The translations under genes and the position numbers were made by a program. 64,000 nt of DNA, taken from an uncultured Pseudomonadota bacterium (lineage in GTDB: Bacteria > Myxococcota_A > Polyangia > Fen-1088). A model generated the notes under the pieces. It was given only the letters and a program-made list of their open reading frames with translations. It was not told the origin of the DNA and made no database searches. Numbering within the stretch: position 1 is the stretch's first letter; the number at the start of each line of letters is the position of its first letter. Below are positions 54,660-63,689 of the stretch, piece by piece. Where the stretch lies: the NCBI GenBank assembly GCA_963847705.1, contig CAWKBC010000011.1, forward strand, positions 1 to 64,000, in the 5' to 3' direction.

Positions 54660-55794
54660 GAAGGTCTCCTCTGTGTTCCTCGGTTGACGTGGACGAGATG
54701 CAGACGCCGTTCAGAGCCCGCTCGGCAGCGCCGCCGCCGCGGCGATCGACGCGAGCGACGTTCCCGCGCGCCTCGGCCGCCAGCTCCTGGCGCGCCAGCT
54801 CCAGCGGACGCGGATCGATCCAGGCCCGCACGTCGAGCGCGTTGGGGATGAACCTCCACCGGTGCAGGAAGTCGGTGAAGTCGCCGAGCGCCACGATCGA
54901 CGACTCCTCGAGATCGGTGCGCAGGTGGTGGTTCACGTCGCTGCCGTAGGCGCGGGTGACGGCCGCCTCCGACGAGCGTGTCTCGCGCGCGACGTAGGCC
55001 AGCGTCTCGCGCGGGTGCTCGGCCGCCCAGCGCCCGGCCAGAAGGACCCGCTTGACCAGCCGGACCACCAGACCGATGTCCCGCTCGATGAGCCCGGCGT
55101 CGACGGTGAGCGTTCGCGGCGAGCCGTTGTTCACCCGCACCTTCGGATCGGGATGGGCGCCGACATCGAAGACGATGGTGGCGCCGATGGCGTCCGCCAG
55201 CTCGAGGCCGCGCGAGCCCTTGTGGAAGATGGCGTCGACCTCGCCGCGCAAGAGCGCCTGCGCCTCCGCGCTCTGCTCGATCGGTTGCGGGTTGCCGCTG
55301 CCGACGGGACCCACCGAGCTCACCTCGCTGCGGGGGAATTCCACCAGCTCGACGTCCTTCTCGGAGAGCCCGTGCAGGCCGAGCGCCACCACGTAGGCGC
55401 GGATGGTGGTGGCCTTCCAGAAGTCGATCTTGTCGTTGGGCCGCGTGGCGACGGCCAGGCGGCGGCCCTTCAGATCGCCGACGGTGCGGAGGTTGGTCCT
55501 GGGCAGGGTCAAGATCACCTGCGCCTCGTCGGTCCAGGTCAGGCCGACGACCCGCGTCTGCCGTCCGGCCGAACGGGCCCAGATGGCGGGGATGTTGCCG
55601 CCCTGGCGGAACGAGTTGTCGAGCTTGTGATCGAAGTGCGACTCCCGCAGGCCGGGATCGGTCTCGTCCTGCAACGTGCGAACGGCGATGCCGTCCGGGT
55701 TGAACTCGGCGTCGACCCAACCAAGCCGGGCGGCGATCCCCAGCGGCGTCGGCACCGGGCAGCGGGTGTACCAGAGCGTATCGATCTTGCTCAT
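54628..55794 (-). CDS. DszB-like (desulfinase / SsuA-fold) protein; C-terminal tail possibly frameshifted
   Basis: WYTRCPVPTP, ESHFDH, RQGGNIPAIWAR and VNNGSPR; no signal peptide. Confidence 0.78.
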   Translation of the reverse strand: MSKIDTLWYTRCPVPTPLGIAARLGWVDAEFNPDGIAVRTLQDETDPGLRESHFDHKLDNSFRQGGNIPAIWARSAGRQTRVVGLTWTDEAQVILTLPRTNLRTVGDLKGRRLAVATRPNDKIDFWKATTIRAYVVALGLHGLSEKDVELVEFPRSEVSSVGPVGSGNPQPIEQSAEAQALLRGEVDAIFHKGSRGLELADAIGATIVFDVGAHPDPKVRVNNGSPRTLTVDAGLIERDIGLVVRLVKRVLLAGRWAAEHPRETLAYVARETRSSEAAVTRAYGSDVNHHLRTDLEESSIVALGDFTDFLHRWRFIPNALDVRAWIDPRPLELARQELAAEARGNVARVDRRGGGAAERALNGVCISSTSTEEHRGDLHVQHRNPSIH

Positions 55795-55827
55795 CTTGTC
55801 TCTCCTCTTGTCCTGTTTGCTAGACAC

Positions 55828-55943
55828 TGCAGCTCACGTGCCAGACACGAACCGGGGCCGTTCAGCGGCGCATCCAAACGCTGGCGACCACGGTTGCTGC
55901 CTGGCCAGCAATCGCGCGCGCTAGGCTGCTGGCGAAGCAGCAG
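55828..55943 (-). promoter_or_regulatory. Sigma54 promoter with paired boxes of the 9-gene operon
   Basis: Minus-strand TGGCAC-GTGAG-CTGCA at 55828-55843; TTGC-N10-GCAA (55894) and CTGC-N10-GCAG (55926). Confidence 0.75.
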
Positions 55944-57840
55944 GCGCGGGGCGCGCCGCTGCGGTCCCGGCGCCACCCAGTTGACCGCGCTCGTACTCGC
56001 GATAGAGCTCGGCGTAGGGGCCGCCGGCGACGATGAGATCGGTGTGCTTGCCGAGCTCGACGAGCTGCCCGTGTCGAATGAGGGCGATCTGGTCGGCGTC
56101 GCGGATGGTGGCCAGGCGGTGGGCGATGATGATCGCGGTCCGCCCCGCGCAGAGGCGGCGCAGCGCGTGTTGGATTCGCCGCTCGGTCTGGATGTCGATG
56201 GCGGAGGTGGCCTCGTCCAGCACCAGCACCGCGGGATCGGCCAGGTAGGCGCGCAGCAGGCAGACCAGCTGGCGCTGCCCATGGCTGAGGTGGCCGCCCA
56301 GCGGACCGGCCTCGGTCTGGTAGGCGCTGGGCAGCCGGCGGATCACCTCGTCGACGCCCAGCTCGCGGGCGGCGTGAAGCAGCTCCTCGTCGCGGGCGCC
56401 CGGCGCCGCCAGGCGCAGGTTGTCGAGGATGCTGCCGGAGAAGAGCACGTTGTCCTGCAGCACCACCCCGATGTGCCGCCGCAGGCTGCGCTGGGTGAAG
56501 CCGCGGATGTCCTGGCCGTCGATGAGCACCGCCCCCTGCTGCGGCTCGTAGAACCGGGTGAGGAGCTGCACCAGCGTGCTCTTGCCGTGGCCGGTCTGCC
56601 CCACGATGGCCAGCACGCGCCCGGCCGGCACCGAGAGTGAGAAGTCCCGGATCACCGGCGCGCGCACGCCGGGGTCATAGCTGAAGGTCACCTGCGAGAA
56701 CGCCACCTCGCCGCTGACCTCGTGGCGGGCGCCCAGCACCTTCGCGTCCGGCGCGTCGACGATCTCCGGCCTGGTGTCGAGCAGCAGGAAGACCCGCTGC
56801 GCCGAGGCCGCGCCGCTCGAGTAGCGGTCGAACAGATCGCCCAGATCCTGAAGAGGGCCCAGGAAGAGAAACACGTAGAACAGGCTCTCGGTCACCTGCC
56901 CGAGGGTGATGCGGCCGAGCGCCAGCTCACGCCCGCCCACCAGCACGAGGAGCGCCATCCCGGCCGCCGAGAGCAGCCCGGTGAGCGGCAAGAACCATCC
57001 GGTGCGGGCGTTGCCGCGAATGAGGGTGGTGTTGAAGTCCAGCACCAGGTCGCGGTAGCGCCGCCGGTTCGACTCCTCCTGAACGGTCTGCTTGAGGATC
57101 CGCACGGCGCCCACGCTCTCGACCAGGTGGGCGGTGAAGCGGCTGCGCCGCTCGGCGACCTTGCCGTAGTTGGCGGCCGCGATGCGCTTGAAGATCACGA
57201 TGGCCGGCACCAGCACCGGCACCACCGCCGCCAGCGCCAGAAACAGCCGCGGCGAGAGGCCGAACAGCAGCACGCTGGAGACCACGCAGCGGAGCAGCGC
57301 CCCCAGGAGCTCGGGAGGCCCCTGGATCACCAGCGGTTCGAGGCTGTCGACGTCGCGATCCATGCGCGCCACGATGCGCCCCGCCTTGGCCCGATCGAAG
57401 TAGCGGACGCTGAGGCCCTGGACGTGCGCGAAGATCCGCCCGCGCAGCTCCGCCAGCACGCGGAGCGCCGCCGTCCCGGCCAGATATTGCGACACCGCCG
57501 ACAGCGCGAAGCGCGCCACCCAGCAGACGGTCAGCCCGGCCGACATCGCCAGCACCACCCGCGGGTGCCAGGTCCATCCTTGGCCGGCGCGGCTGAGCCC
57601 GCGGTCGATCACGTTCTTGATGAACCAGGGGCGCAGGAAGATGAAGCCGACCAGCAGCGTCTCGAGCAGCGCCACCATGGCGATGCGCGCGCGGACCGGA
57701 CGCAGGAGCGGGACCATCCGACCCCACATGCTGCGTTCCAGGCGCTCGCGCGCCAGCTCCTGCTCGATCTGCAGATCGTCGAGCTTGGCCCGATCCTGCG
57801 CGGCCTGCTCGCGGGTGAGGTGACTAGCTTGGTTGGCCAT
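55921..57840 (-). CDS. ABC exporter half-transporter (TMD-NBD), subunit 2
   Basis: GQTGHGKS, LSHGQRQL, DEATS and IAHRL. Confidence 0.9.
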   Translation of the reverse strand: MANQASHLTREQAAQDRAKLDDLQIEQELARERLERSMWGRMVPLLRPVRARIAMVALLETLLVGFIFLRPWFIKNVIDRGLSRAGQGWTWHPRVVLAMSAGLTVCWVARFALSAVSQYLAGTAALRVLAELRGRIFAHVQGLSVRYFDRAKAGRIVARMDRDVDSLEPLVIQGPPELLGALLRCVVSSVLLFGLSPRLFLALAAVVPVLVPAIVIFKRIAAANYGKVAERRSRFTAHLVESVGAVRILKQTVQEESNRRRYRDLVLDFNTTLIRGNARTGWFLPLTGLLSAAGMALLVLVGGRELALGRITLGQVTESLFYVFLFLGPLQDLGDLFDRYSSGAASAQRVFLLLDTRPEIVDAPDAKVLGARHEVSGEVAFSQVTFSYDPGVRAPVIRDFSLSVPAGRVLAIVGQTGHGKSTLVQLLTRFYEPQQGAVLIDGQDIRGFTQRSLRRHIGVVLQDNVLFSGSILDNLRLAAPGARDEELLHAARELGVDEVIRRLPSAYQTEAGPLGGHLSHGQRQLVCLLRAYLADPAVLVLDEATSAIDIQTERRIQHALRRLCAGRTAIIIAHRLATIRDADQIALIRHGQLVELGKHTDLIVAGGPYAELYREYERGQLGGAGTAAARPAPAASPAA

Positions 57841-59704
57841 GGTGATCGATCCCCAGAAGCTCGCGGTAGACGGGCTGGTGACGGGCCAGCTCCCGGTGGG
57901 TTCCCGCGGCGGCGATACGGCCGCCCACCAGCAGGACGGCGCGGTCCGCCAGCAGCACCGTCGACGGTTTGCTGGCCACCACCAGCACGGTGACCGGCGG
58001 GCCGCCCTCCTCGGACAACGCCCGCAGGCCGTTCAAGATGGTGCGTTCGGTGAGCGCGTCGAGCGCGCTGGTGGCGTCGTCGAGCGCGAGCAAGGATGGC
58101 CGCGACACCAGCGCGCGGGCCAGCGTGAGCCGCTGACGCTGGCCGCCGGAGAGCGTGACGCCCCGATCGCCGATCACCGTGTCGAGCCGCTGCGGCAGCT
58201 GTTCGACCACCTCCTCGGCGGAGGCCAACCGCAGCGCGCGCCAGAGGTCCGCCTCGCTGGCGCCGCGCGCGCCGAGACGCAGGTTGGCGCCCACCGTGTC
58301 GGAGAACAGGAAGACCTCCTGCGGCACCACGTGCACCTGGCGGCGCAGGTCGGCCAGGTCCAGCTCGCGCACGTCGCGCCAGCCGGCCTGGTCCGAACCG
58401 ACGCGAACCTCGCCGGCGTCGGCGTCCACCAGGCGCGGCAGGAGCGCGGTCAGCGTGCTCTTCCCCGACCCGGTCGCCCCGACCAGCGCGACAATCTCTC
58501 CCGGCGCGATCGCCAGCGAGCAGTCGGCCAGCACCTCCGTCTCACCGCCCGGCGACCGCACGCGGACGCCCCGCAGCTGCAGGCCCAGCGGGCCGGCCGG
58601 GACCGGCGCGCGCCCGCCGGCGATCTGCGGCTCGGCGTCCAGGAGGTCCATGATGCGCGCCGCAGACGAGCGGGCATCGGCGAAGGTCTGCATCACCCGC
58701 CCGATGGCCTCCACCCGGAAGACCACGGTGTTCATCATCAAGAGCGCCGCCACCAGGCCGCCGAGGTCGAGCCGCCCGTGTGCCACCAGCCGGGCGCCCA
58801 GCACCAGGACCCACACCTGGCTCAGCGCCACGATGACTTGAGGCACGGGGATGTGCGTGCTGGCGAAGGCCAGCGCCTCGCGCGCCGCGGACACGAAGGT
58901 GCGCACGGCGTCGTCGAAGCGGGCGATGCGCGAGGGCTCGAGCCCGAAGGCCTTGATGACGCGGACGCCGTGGACCCCCTCGGTGAGATCCTGGTTCACG
59001 GCGTCGAACGCGGCGCCGACGGTGCGGTCGAGGATCACCAGCTTGTCGACCTGACGCACCAGCCAGGCCAGACCGAGGACCGTCGCCGCCAGGGGACCGA
59101 GCGCCAGCGACGGCGCGTACCAGGCGATGAGCCCGAGCGAGCCGAGGATCACCAGGCTGGTCTCGACCACGTTGCGCCACACGCTGATGAGCGCGTCGCG
59201 CACCTTGTCGGCGTCGCGGGTCGTGCGCGTCACCATCCCGCCCACGCCGTGACGAAGGTGGTAGGCCAGATCGAGCCGCTGCACCTGAACCAGGATTCCG
59301 TCGCGCAGGCGTCCCAGCAGCTCCTGACCGATGACGAGCGAAAGAACCCCCGCCGCGTACTGCAGGAGGCCGCGCCCCGCCGCCACCGCCACCAGGATGG
59401 CCACCCACACCAGCGCCGGGTGCAGATCGAGCGCGCCGCTGGCGAGCCGCACCACCGCCCGCCCCCGCTGCAGATCGTTCACCGCCCGCCCCACCAGGTG
59501 CTGCTGCACCGCCAGGCCGACGTTGACCGCCACGAACAGCGCGAAGCAGATCAGAAACCGGACCGGCATCTGACGGTAGATGGCGATGCAGCGGAGCAGC
59601 GGATGGCGCGACAGCCAGCTCCCCCTCCGGCGGCCCGGAATGTTCGGCGCCCGGTCGGCCAGCGCGTCGTCTGCAGTGATTTCCAGTGTGGCGGTCGCGC
59701 TCAT
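57824..59704 (-). CDS. ABC exporter half-transporter (TMD-NBD), subunit 1
   Basis: ATG at 59704; GATGSGKS, LSGGQRQR and DDATS (degenerate site, as in heterodimeric exporters). Confidence 0.9.
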   Translation of the reverse strand: MSATATLEITADDALADRAPNIPGRRRGSWLSRHPLLRCIAIYRQMPVRFLICFALFVAVNVGLAVQQHLVGRAVNDLQRGRAVVRLASGALDLHPALVWVAILVAVAAGRGLLQYAAGVLSLVIGQELLGRLRDGILVQVQRLDLAYHLRHGVGGMVTRTTRDADKVRDALISVWRNVVETSLVILGSLGLIAWYAPSLALGPLAATVLGLAWLVRQVDKLVILDRTVGAAFDAVNQDLTEGVHGVRVIKAFGLEPSRIARFDDAVRTFVSAAREALAFASTHIPVPQVIVALSQVWVLVLGARLVAHGRLDLGGLVAALLMMNTVVFRVEAIGRVMQTFADARSSAARIMDLLDAEPQIAGGRAPVPAGPLGLQLRGVRVRSPGGETEVLADCSLAIAPGEIVALVGATGSGKSTLTALLPRLVDADAGEVRVGSDQAGWRDVRELDLADLRRQVHVVPQEVFLFSDTVGANLRLGARGASEADLWRALRLASAEEVVEQLPQRLDTVIGDRGVTLSGGQRQRLTLARALVSRPSLLALDDATSALDALTERTILNGLRALSEEGGPPVTVLVVASKPSTVLLADRAVLLVGGRIAAAGTHRELARHQPVYRELLGIDHHGQPS

Positions 59705-59723
59705 CTCGGATGGCGAGCTGCAA

Positions 59724-59818
59724 AGCACTCGCCGTGCCACCGCGCGCTGGCGAAGGCGCCACCACGCGCGCCGGCAATGCCTGCTGCTGCGGCAGCAGCG
59801 CTGCTGCTGACGGCACAA
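59724..59818 (-). promoter_or_regulatory. Sigma54 promoter with paired boxes
   Basis: Minus-strand TGGCAC-GGCGA-GTGCT at 59724-59739; CTGC-N10-GCAG (59781) and CTGC-N10-ACAA (59801). Confidence 0.7.
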
Positions 59819-59883
59819 CGGTGGATCCCGCTGCGCCAGCGGAGAGCAGTGGCGTCCGACGCCGATTCCCGACACCGACGATG

Positions 59884-60654
59884 CTAGTGCGCGGCGACCC
59901 CCAGCTCCGAGAGAAGCCGGCGGCGATGCTCCAGGAAAGCCGGCGCATCTCGGTCGCGGGGGAAAGGCGCCTCGATCCGCAGGTCGACCGCGAAGCGCCC
60001 GTCCCGCAGCACCAGGACACGGTGAGCCAGCCGGATGGCCTCGTCGACGTCGTGGGTGACCAGCAGGACCGCCGGCTGGTGCGCGACGAAGAGCTCGCCC
60101 ACGAGATCCTGCATCTGCAGGCGGGTGAGCGCGTCGAGGGCGGCGAACGGCTCGTCGAGCAGCAGCAGCTCCGGCTCTCGCACCAGCGCGCGGGCCAGGG
60201 CCACGCGCTGGGCCTCGCCCCCCGAGAGGGTCGCCGGCCAGGCCCGGGCGTGGCTGGCCAGGCCGACCTCGGCCAGCGCCTTCAGCGCCGCCTGGCGGGT
60301 CGCCTCGCCGCGACGCTGTCCGATGCTGACGTTCGCGGCCACCCGCAGCGAAGGGACCAGCCGCGGCTCCTGATAGACCGTGGTGCGCACCTTCGGAACC
60401 AGCACCACCCCGTGCGCGGCGCTCTCGAGCCCGGCCAGGATGCGCAGCAGCGTGGTCTTGCCGGTGCCGCTCGCCCCGAGGAGCACGACGAACTCCCCCC
60501 GTCGGATCTCCAGGTCGACGCCGGCGAGAATGGTCCTGTCACCGAACGCCTTGCTGAGACCGCGAACATCCACCGCCAACCCGCCGGCGGCCGGGCCTGG
60601 CCCGTCCAGGGCGCGGGGCCATCCGGCGTCGGCGAGCGCGCTCGGGTCCATCAT
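59884..60654 (-). CDS. ssuB: Sulfonate-type ABC importer ATPase
   Basis: GASGTGKT, YQEPRL, LSGGEAQRVALARAL, LLDEPFAALDALTR and VTHDVDEA. Confidence 0.85.
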   Translation of the reverse strand: MMDPSALADAGWPRALDGPGPAAGGLAVDVRGLSKAFGDRTILAGVDLEIRRGEFVVLLGASGTGKTTLLRILAGLESAAHGVVLVPKVRTTVYQEPRLVPSLRVAANVSIGQRRGEATRQAALKALAEVGLASHARAWPATLSGGEAQRVALARALVREPELLLLDEPFAALDALTRLQMQDLVGELFVAHQPAVLLVTHDVDEAIRLAHRVLVLRDGRFAVDLRIEAPFPRDRDAPAFLEHRRRLLSELGVAAH

Positions 60655-61574
60655 CGCACCGCGCCCGAGCGCCGCCAGGGCATGAGGATCCGTTCGAGCG
60701 CGCGGATGATGCCGTCGTAGAGCAGGCCCAACGTCGCGTAGAGGAGGATGCACAGAACCATGTAGTCCTGCCGGTAGTACTGCTTGGCCAGCAGCACCAG
60801 GTAGCCGATCCCCTTGGTGGTCCCCACCTGCTCGGCGGCGATGAGACCGACCACGCTGATGGCCATGCAGATGCGCAGCGCCATCAGCAGGTTCGGCAGC
60901 GCGCCGGGCAGGATCACCGTCACCACCAGCCGCCACCCCCGCAGGCCGAACCCCTGGGCGGCTTCCAGCAGCTTCCGATCGACACCGCGCACGCCCAGAT
61001 AGGCGTAGGCGTACATGGGAAACGTCGACGCCGTCGCGATGAGGACGATCTTGAAGCGCTCGTCGATCCCGAACCAGGAGATCATCAGCGGCACCAGCGC
61101 CAGGAAGGGGACCGCGCGCAGCATCTGCATGGTGGGGTCGACCAGCTCCTCGCCCAGCGCCGTCAGGCCCGCCGTCACCCCCAGGAGCAGCCCCACCCCG
61201 ACGCCGAGGCTGACGCCCAGAGCGGCACGACTGAGCGAGGCCAGCAGGAACTCCTTCAGCTCGCCCCCCTGCTGAAGCTCGATCAGCGCGCGCAGGACAT
61301 CGCCGGGAGAGGCCAGCACGCTGCTCGAGATCCGCCCGGTCGTGGCGCCGTACCACCAGCCGGCCAGCAGCGCGGCCGGCACGGCGATCCGCACGAACAG
61401 GGACTTTCTCCGCGAGCGCGGGCGCGTCCCCAGGTACTCCGGCTTCTCCAGACTGCTGCTCTGGCAGCAGGCGACGTCGGCGGTTGCGTTTGCCGCAGCA
61501 GAGAACGGCACCTCCGGCCGCAGGGGAAATGTGGCGAGGTCTGGCACCGCGTTTGATGCAGGCGTGGCGGACAT
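60651..61574 (-). CDS. ssuC: Sulfonate-type ABC importer permease
   Basis: DPTMQMLRAVPFLALVPL..WFGI.E, GVRGVD..LLEAA, VILPGALP and IAAEQ..GIGYL. Confidence 0.85.
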   Translation of the reverse strand: MSATPASNAVPDLATFPLRPEVPFSAAANATADVACCQSSSLEKPEYLGTRPRSRRKSLFVRIAVPAALLAGWWYGATTGRISSSVLASPGDVLRALIELQQGGELKEFLLASLSRAALGVSLGVGVGLLLGVTAGLTALGEELVDPTMQMLRAVPFLALVPLMISWFGIDERFKIVLIATASTFPMYAYAYLGVRGVDRKLLEAAQGFGLRGWRLVVTVILPGALPNLLMALRICMAISVVGLIAAEQVGTTKGIGYLVLLAKQYYRQDYMVLCILLYATLGLLYDGIIRALERILMPWRRSGAVR

Positions 61575-61606
61575 GGGCACCTGTTTTCCCAGCACTTCCT
61601 GTACCA
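61453..61606. promoter_or_regulatory. Paired boxes plus two opposed sigma54-like promoters
   Basis: Boxes at 61453 and 61484; plus-strand TGGCAC-CGCGT-TTGAT (61542-61557); minus-strand TGGTAC-AGGAA-GTGCT (61591-61606). Confidence 0.55.
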
Positions 61607-61813
61607 ACGGATTCGACCTTTGAAGAACATCTGGCGGGCCATCCCCTTGATCCCCGAATACCGCGGCCGCATCGTCGGGGGTGCTCGCCCTCGGCGTGCT
61701 GATGGGCCTCATCGGCGGCCGGGAGCAATCAACCGGCGGACCCGTCTCGTATTGAAGAATATTGTCTTTTTAAATGGACACGGGCCGATCGCTGTGCTCT
61801 CTTCTCTCGAGCC

Positions 61814-63671
61814 ATGCACGCGCTTTCCCTCTCGCTGATCCGATTCGTTCGACAACTCGCGGTCCTTTCGCTGGTGGCCGCGTCCTTGACCGGAGGCTGC
61901 AAGCGCGCCGGCCCGGGCGGAACGACCGCGCCGGCTGACGCCACGCCTGCGGGCGGCGCGGCGGCGGCGCCCGCCTTCGAGCCGGTGGTGGTGAAGTTCG
62001 CCGATGCCACCAACGCCGGCATCTTCGCGTACGCCAAGCGCGAGCACCTCCTCGAGAAGGAGCTGGCCAAGGTCAACGCGACGGTGGAATGGGTTCCAGC
62101 GCCCGGCGCCTTCAGCGCCACCTTCGACGCCATGAACTCGGGCGCGATCAACACCGCGCAGGGGGCCATCAGCCCCATCATCGGCGCGCTCTCGCACAAC
62201 CTGCCGTTCAAGATCTATGGCATCGCCGATCCGGGCAGCACGCTGCGGGCGGGCATCATCTCGCCGGCCGCCTCCTCCATCCGCAGCGTGAAGGATCTCG
62301 TCGGCAAGCGGGTGGCCGTCAATCTGGCGGCGCACGGGGATTACCTCCTGCTGAAGGCGCTGGCGAACGCGGGGATCCCCGCGTCCAAGGTGGAGCGCGT
62401 CCCGATTCAGCCGCCCGACGCCGCGGCCGCCTTCGCCACCGGCAAGATCGACGCCTGGTCGACGTTCGGGACCTTCTTCACCACCGCCGTCCGCAACGGG
62501 GCGCACGTGCTGGCCGTCGAGGGCGATCTGCGCTCCGACGACGTCGGCGTCCTGTCGGCCAACGTCTCCGTCCTGCGCAAGAACCCTGCCGCCTTTCAGA
62601 CCATCTTGCGGGTCTCCCAGGAGCTGGTCGCCCTCGCCCACCAGAGCCCGGAGAAATTCCAGAACATCTTCAAGGACAAGGGGCCGACCGCTCTCTCCGG
62701 TGAAGAGCTGCGCCTCGCCACCGAGGACACCCGCACCCTCCCGGCCTTCCGCGTCCCGACCGCCGCCGACCGCGCGCGCGTCGAGAATGTGTCGAAGATC
62801 TTCTTCGAGAACAGATCCATCGATCGGAAGATCCCGGTCGACGAGATCGTCTTCGACGTCGACCAGGCCGCCGCGCTGCAGGCCGCGGTGGCCTCGCCCG
62901 AGCGCCCCGCCGCCGAAGCGGCGCGCGATCGCTGGCGCCACCCCGCCGAGACGCTGGCGTTCTTCGGGATCCGGAACGACCAGAACGTGGTCGAGCTGTG
63001 GCCGGGCACCGGTTGGTACACGGCGATCCTGGCCCCGTTGCTGGCCGACCAGGGAACCCTGACCGCGATCAGCCCGGAGCCGAGGCCGGCGACCGACGTC
63101 GATGGCGGCGCCGCCACCGCCGCGGCCGAGGCGCTCCTCGCCAAGAAATACGCCGACCGGCTGGCCGCCAGCCCGGGCGTCTTTGGCAAGGTGCACCTTC
63201 GTTCCGTCGATCCGTCACGCGAGCTCTCGCTGGGCCCGGACGACTCGGCCGACGCCGTCGTGACGTTCCGCAACTTTCACAACTGGGTCAAAGCCGGGAT
63301 CACCCCCAACGTCCTCGCGGCCGCCTTCCGGGTCCTCAAGCCGGGCGGCGTGCTCGGCATCGAGGAGCACCGCGCCGCGCCCGGAGAGACAGACCCCGCG
63401 CGCGTCGTTCGGAGGATCGGCGACACCGGTTACGTGCCAGAGGCCTACGTGATCGATCTGGCCCGCCAGGCGGGCTTCACGCTGGAGGGCCGCTCCGAGG
63501 TCAACGGCAATCCGCTCGACAGCAAGGACTGGCCGAAGGGCGTGTGGACCTTGCCGCCGACGTTCCGGCTCGGGGATCAAGAATCGCGCCAGGTACCAGG
63601 CGATCGGCGAGAGCGACCGCATGACGCTCCGGTTTCGCAAACCGCAGGCGGACCTCCACGCCCAGAAGTGA
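61814..63671 (+). CDS. Lipoprotein: SsuA-like substrate-binding domain fused to a class I SAM methyltransferase domain
   Basis: LTGGC lipobox; DLVGKRVAVN and DAWSTF; then RDRWRHPAETLAFFG..VVELWPGTGWYT..TFRNFHNW..LKPGG..EHR..GVWTLPP. Removing one A near 63581 restores IGESDRMTLRFRKP and a stop at 63671. Confidence 0.85.
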
Positions 63672-63689
63672 AGGTGGTCCGCGCCCTCT

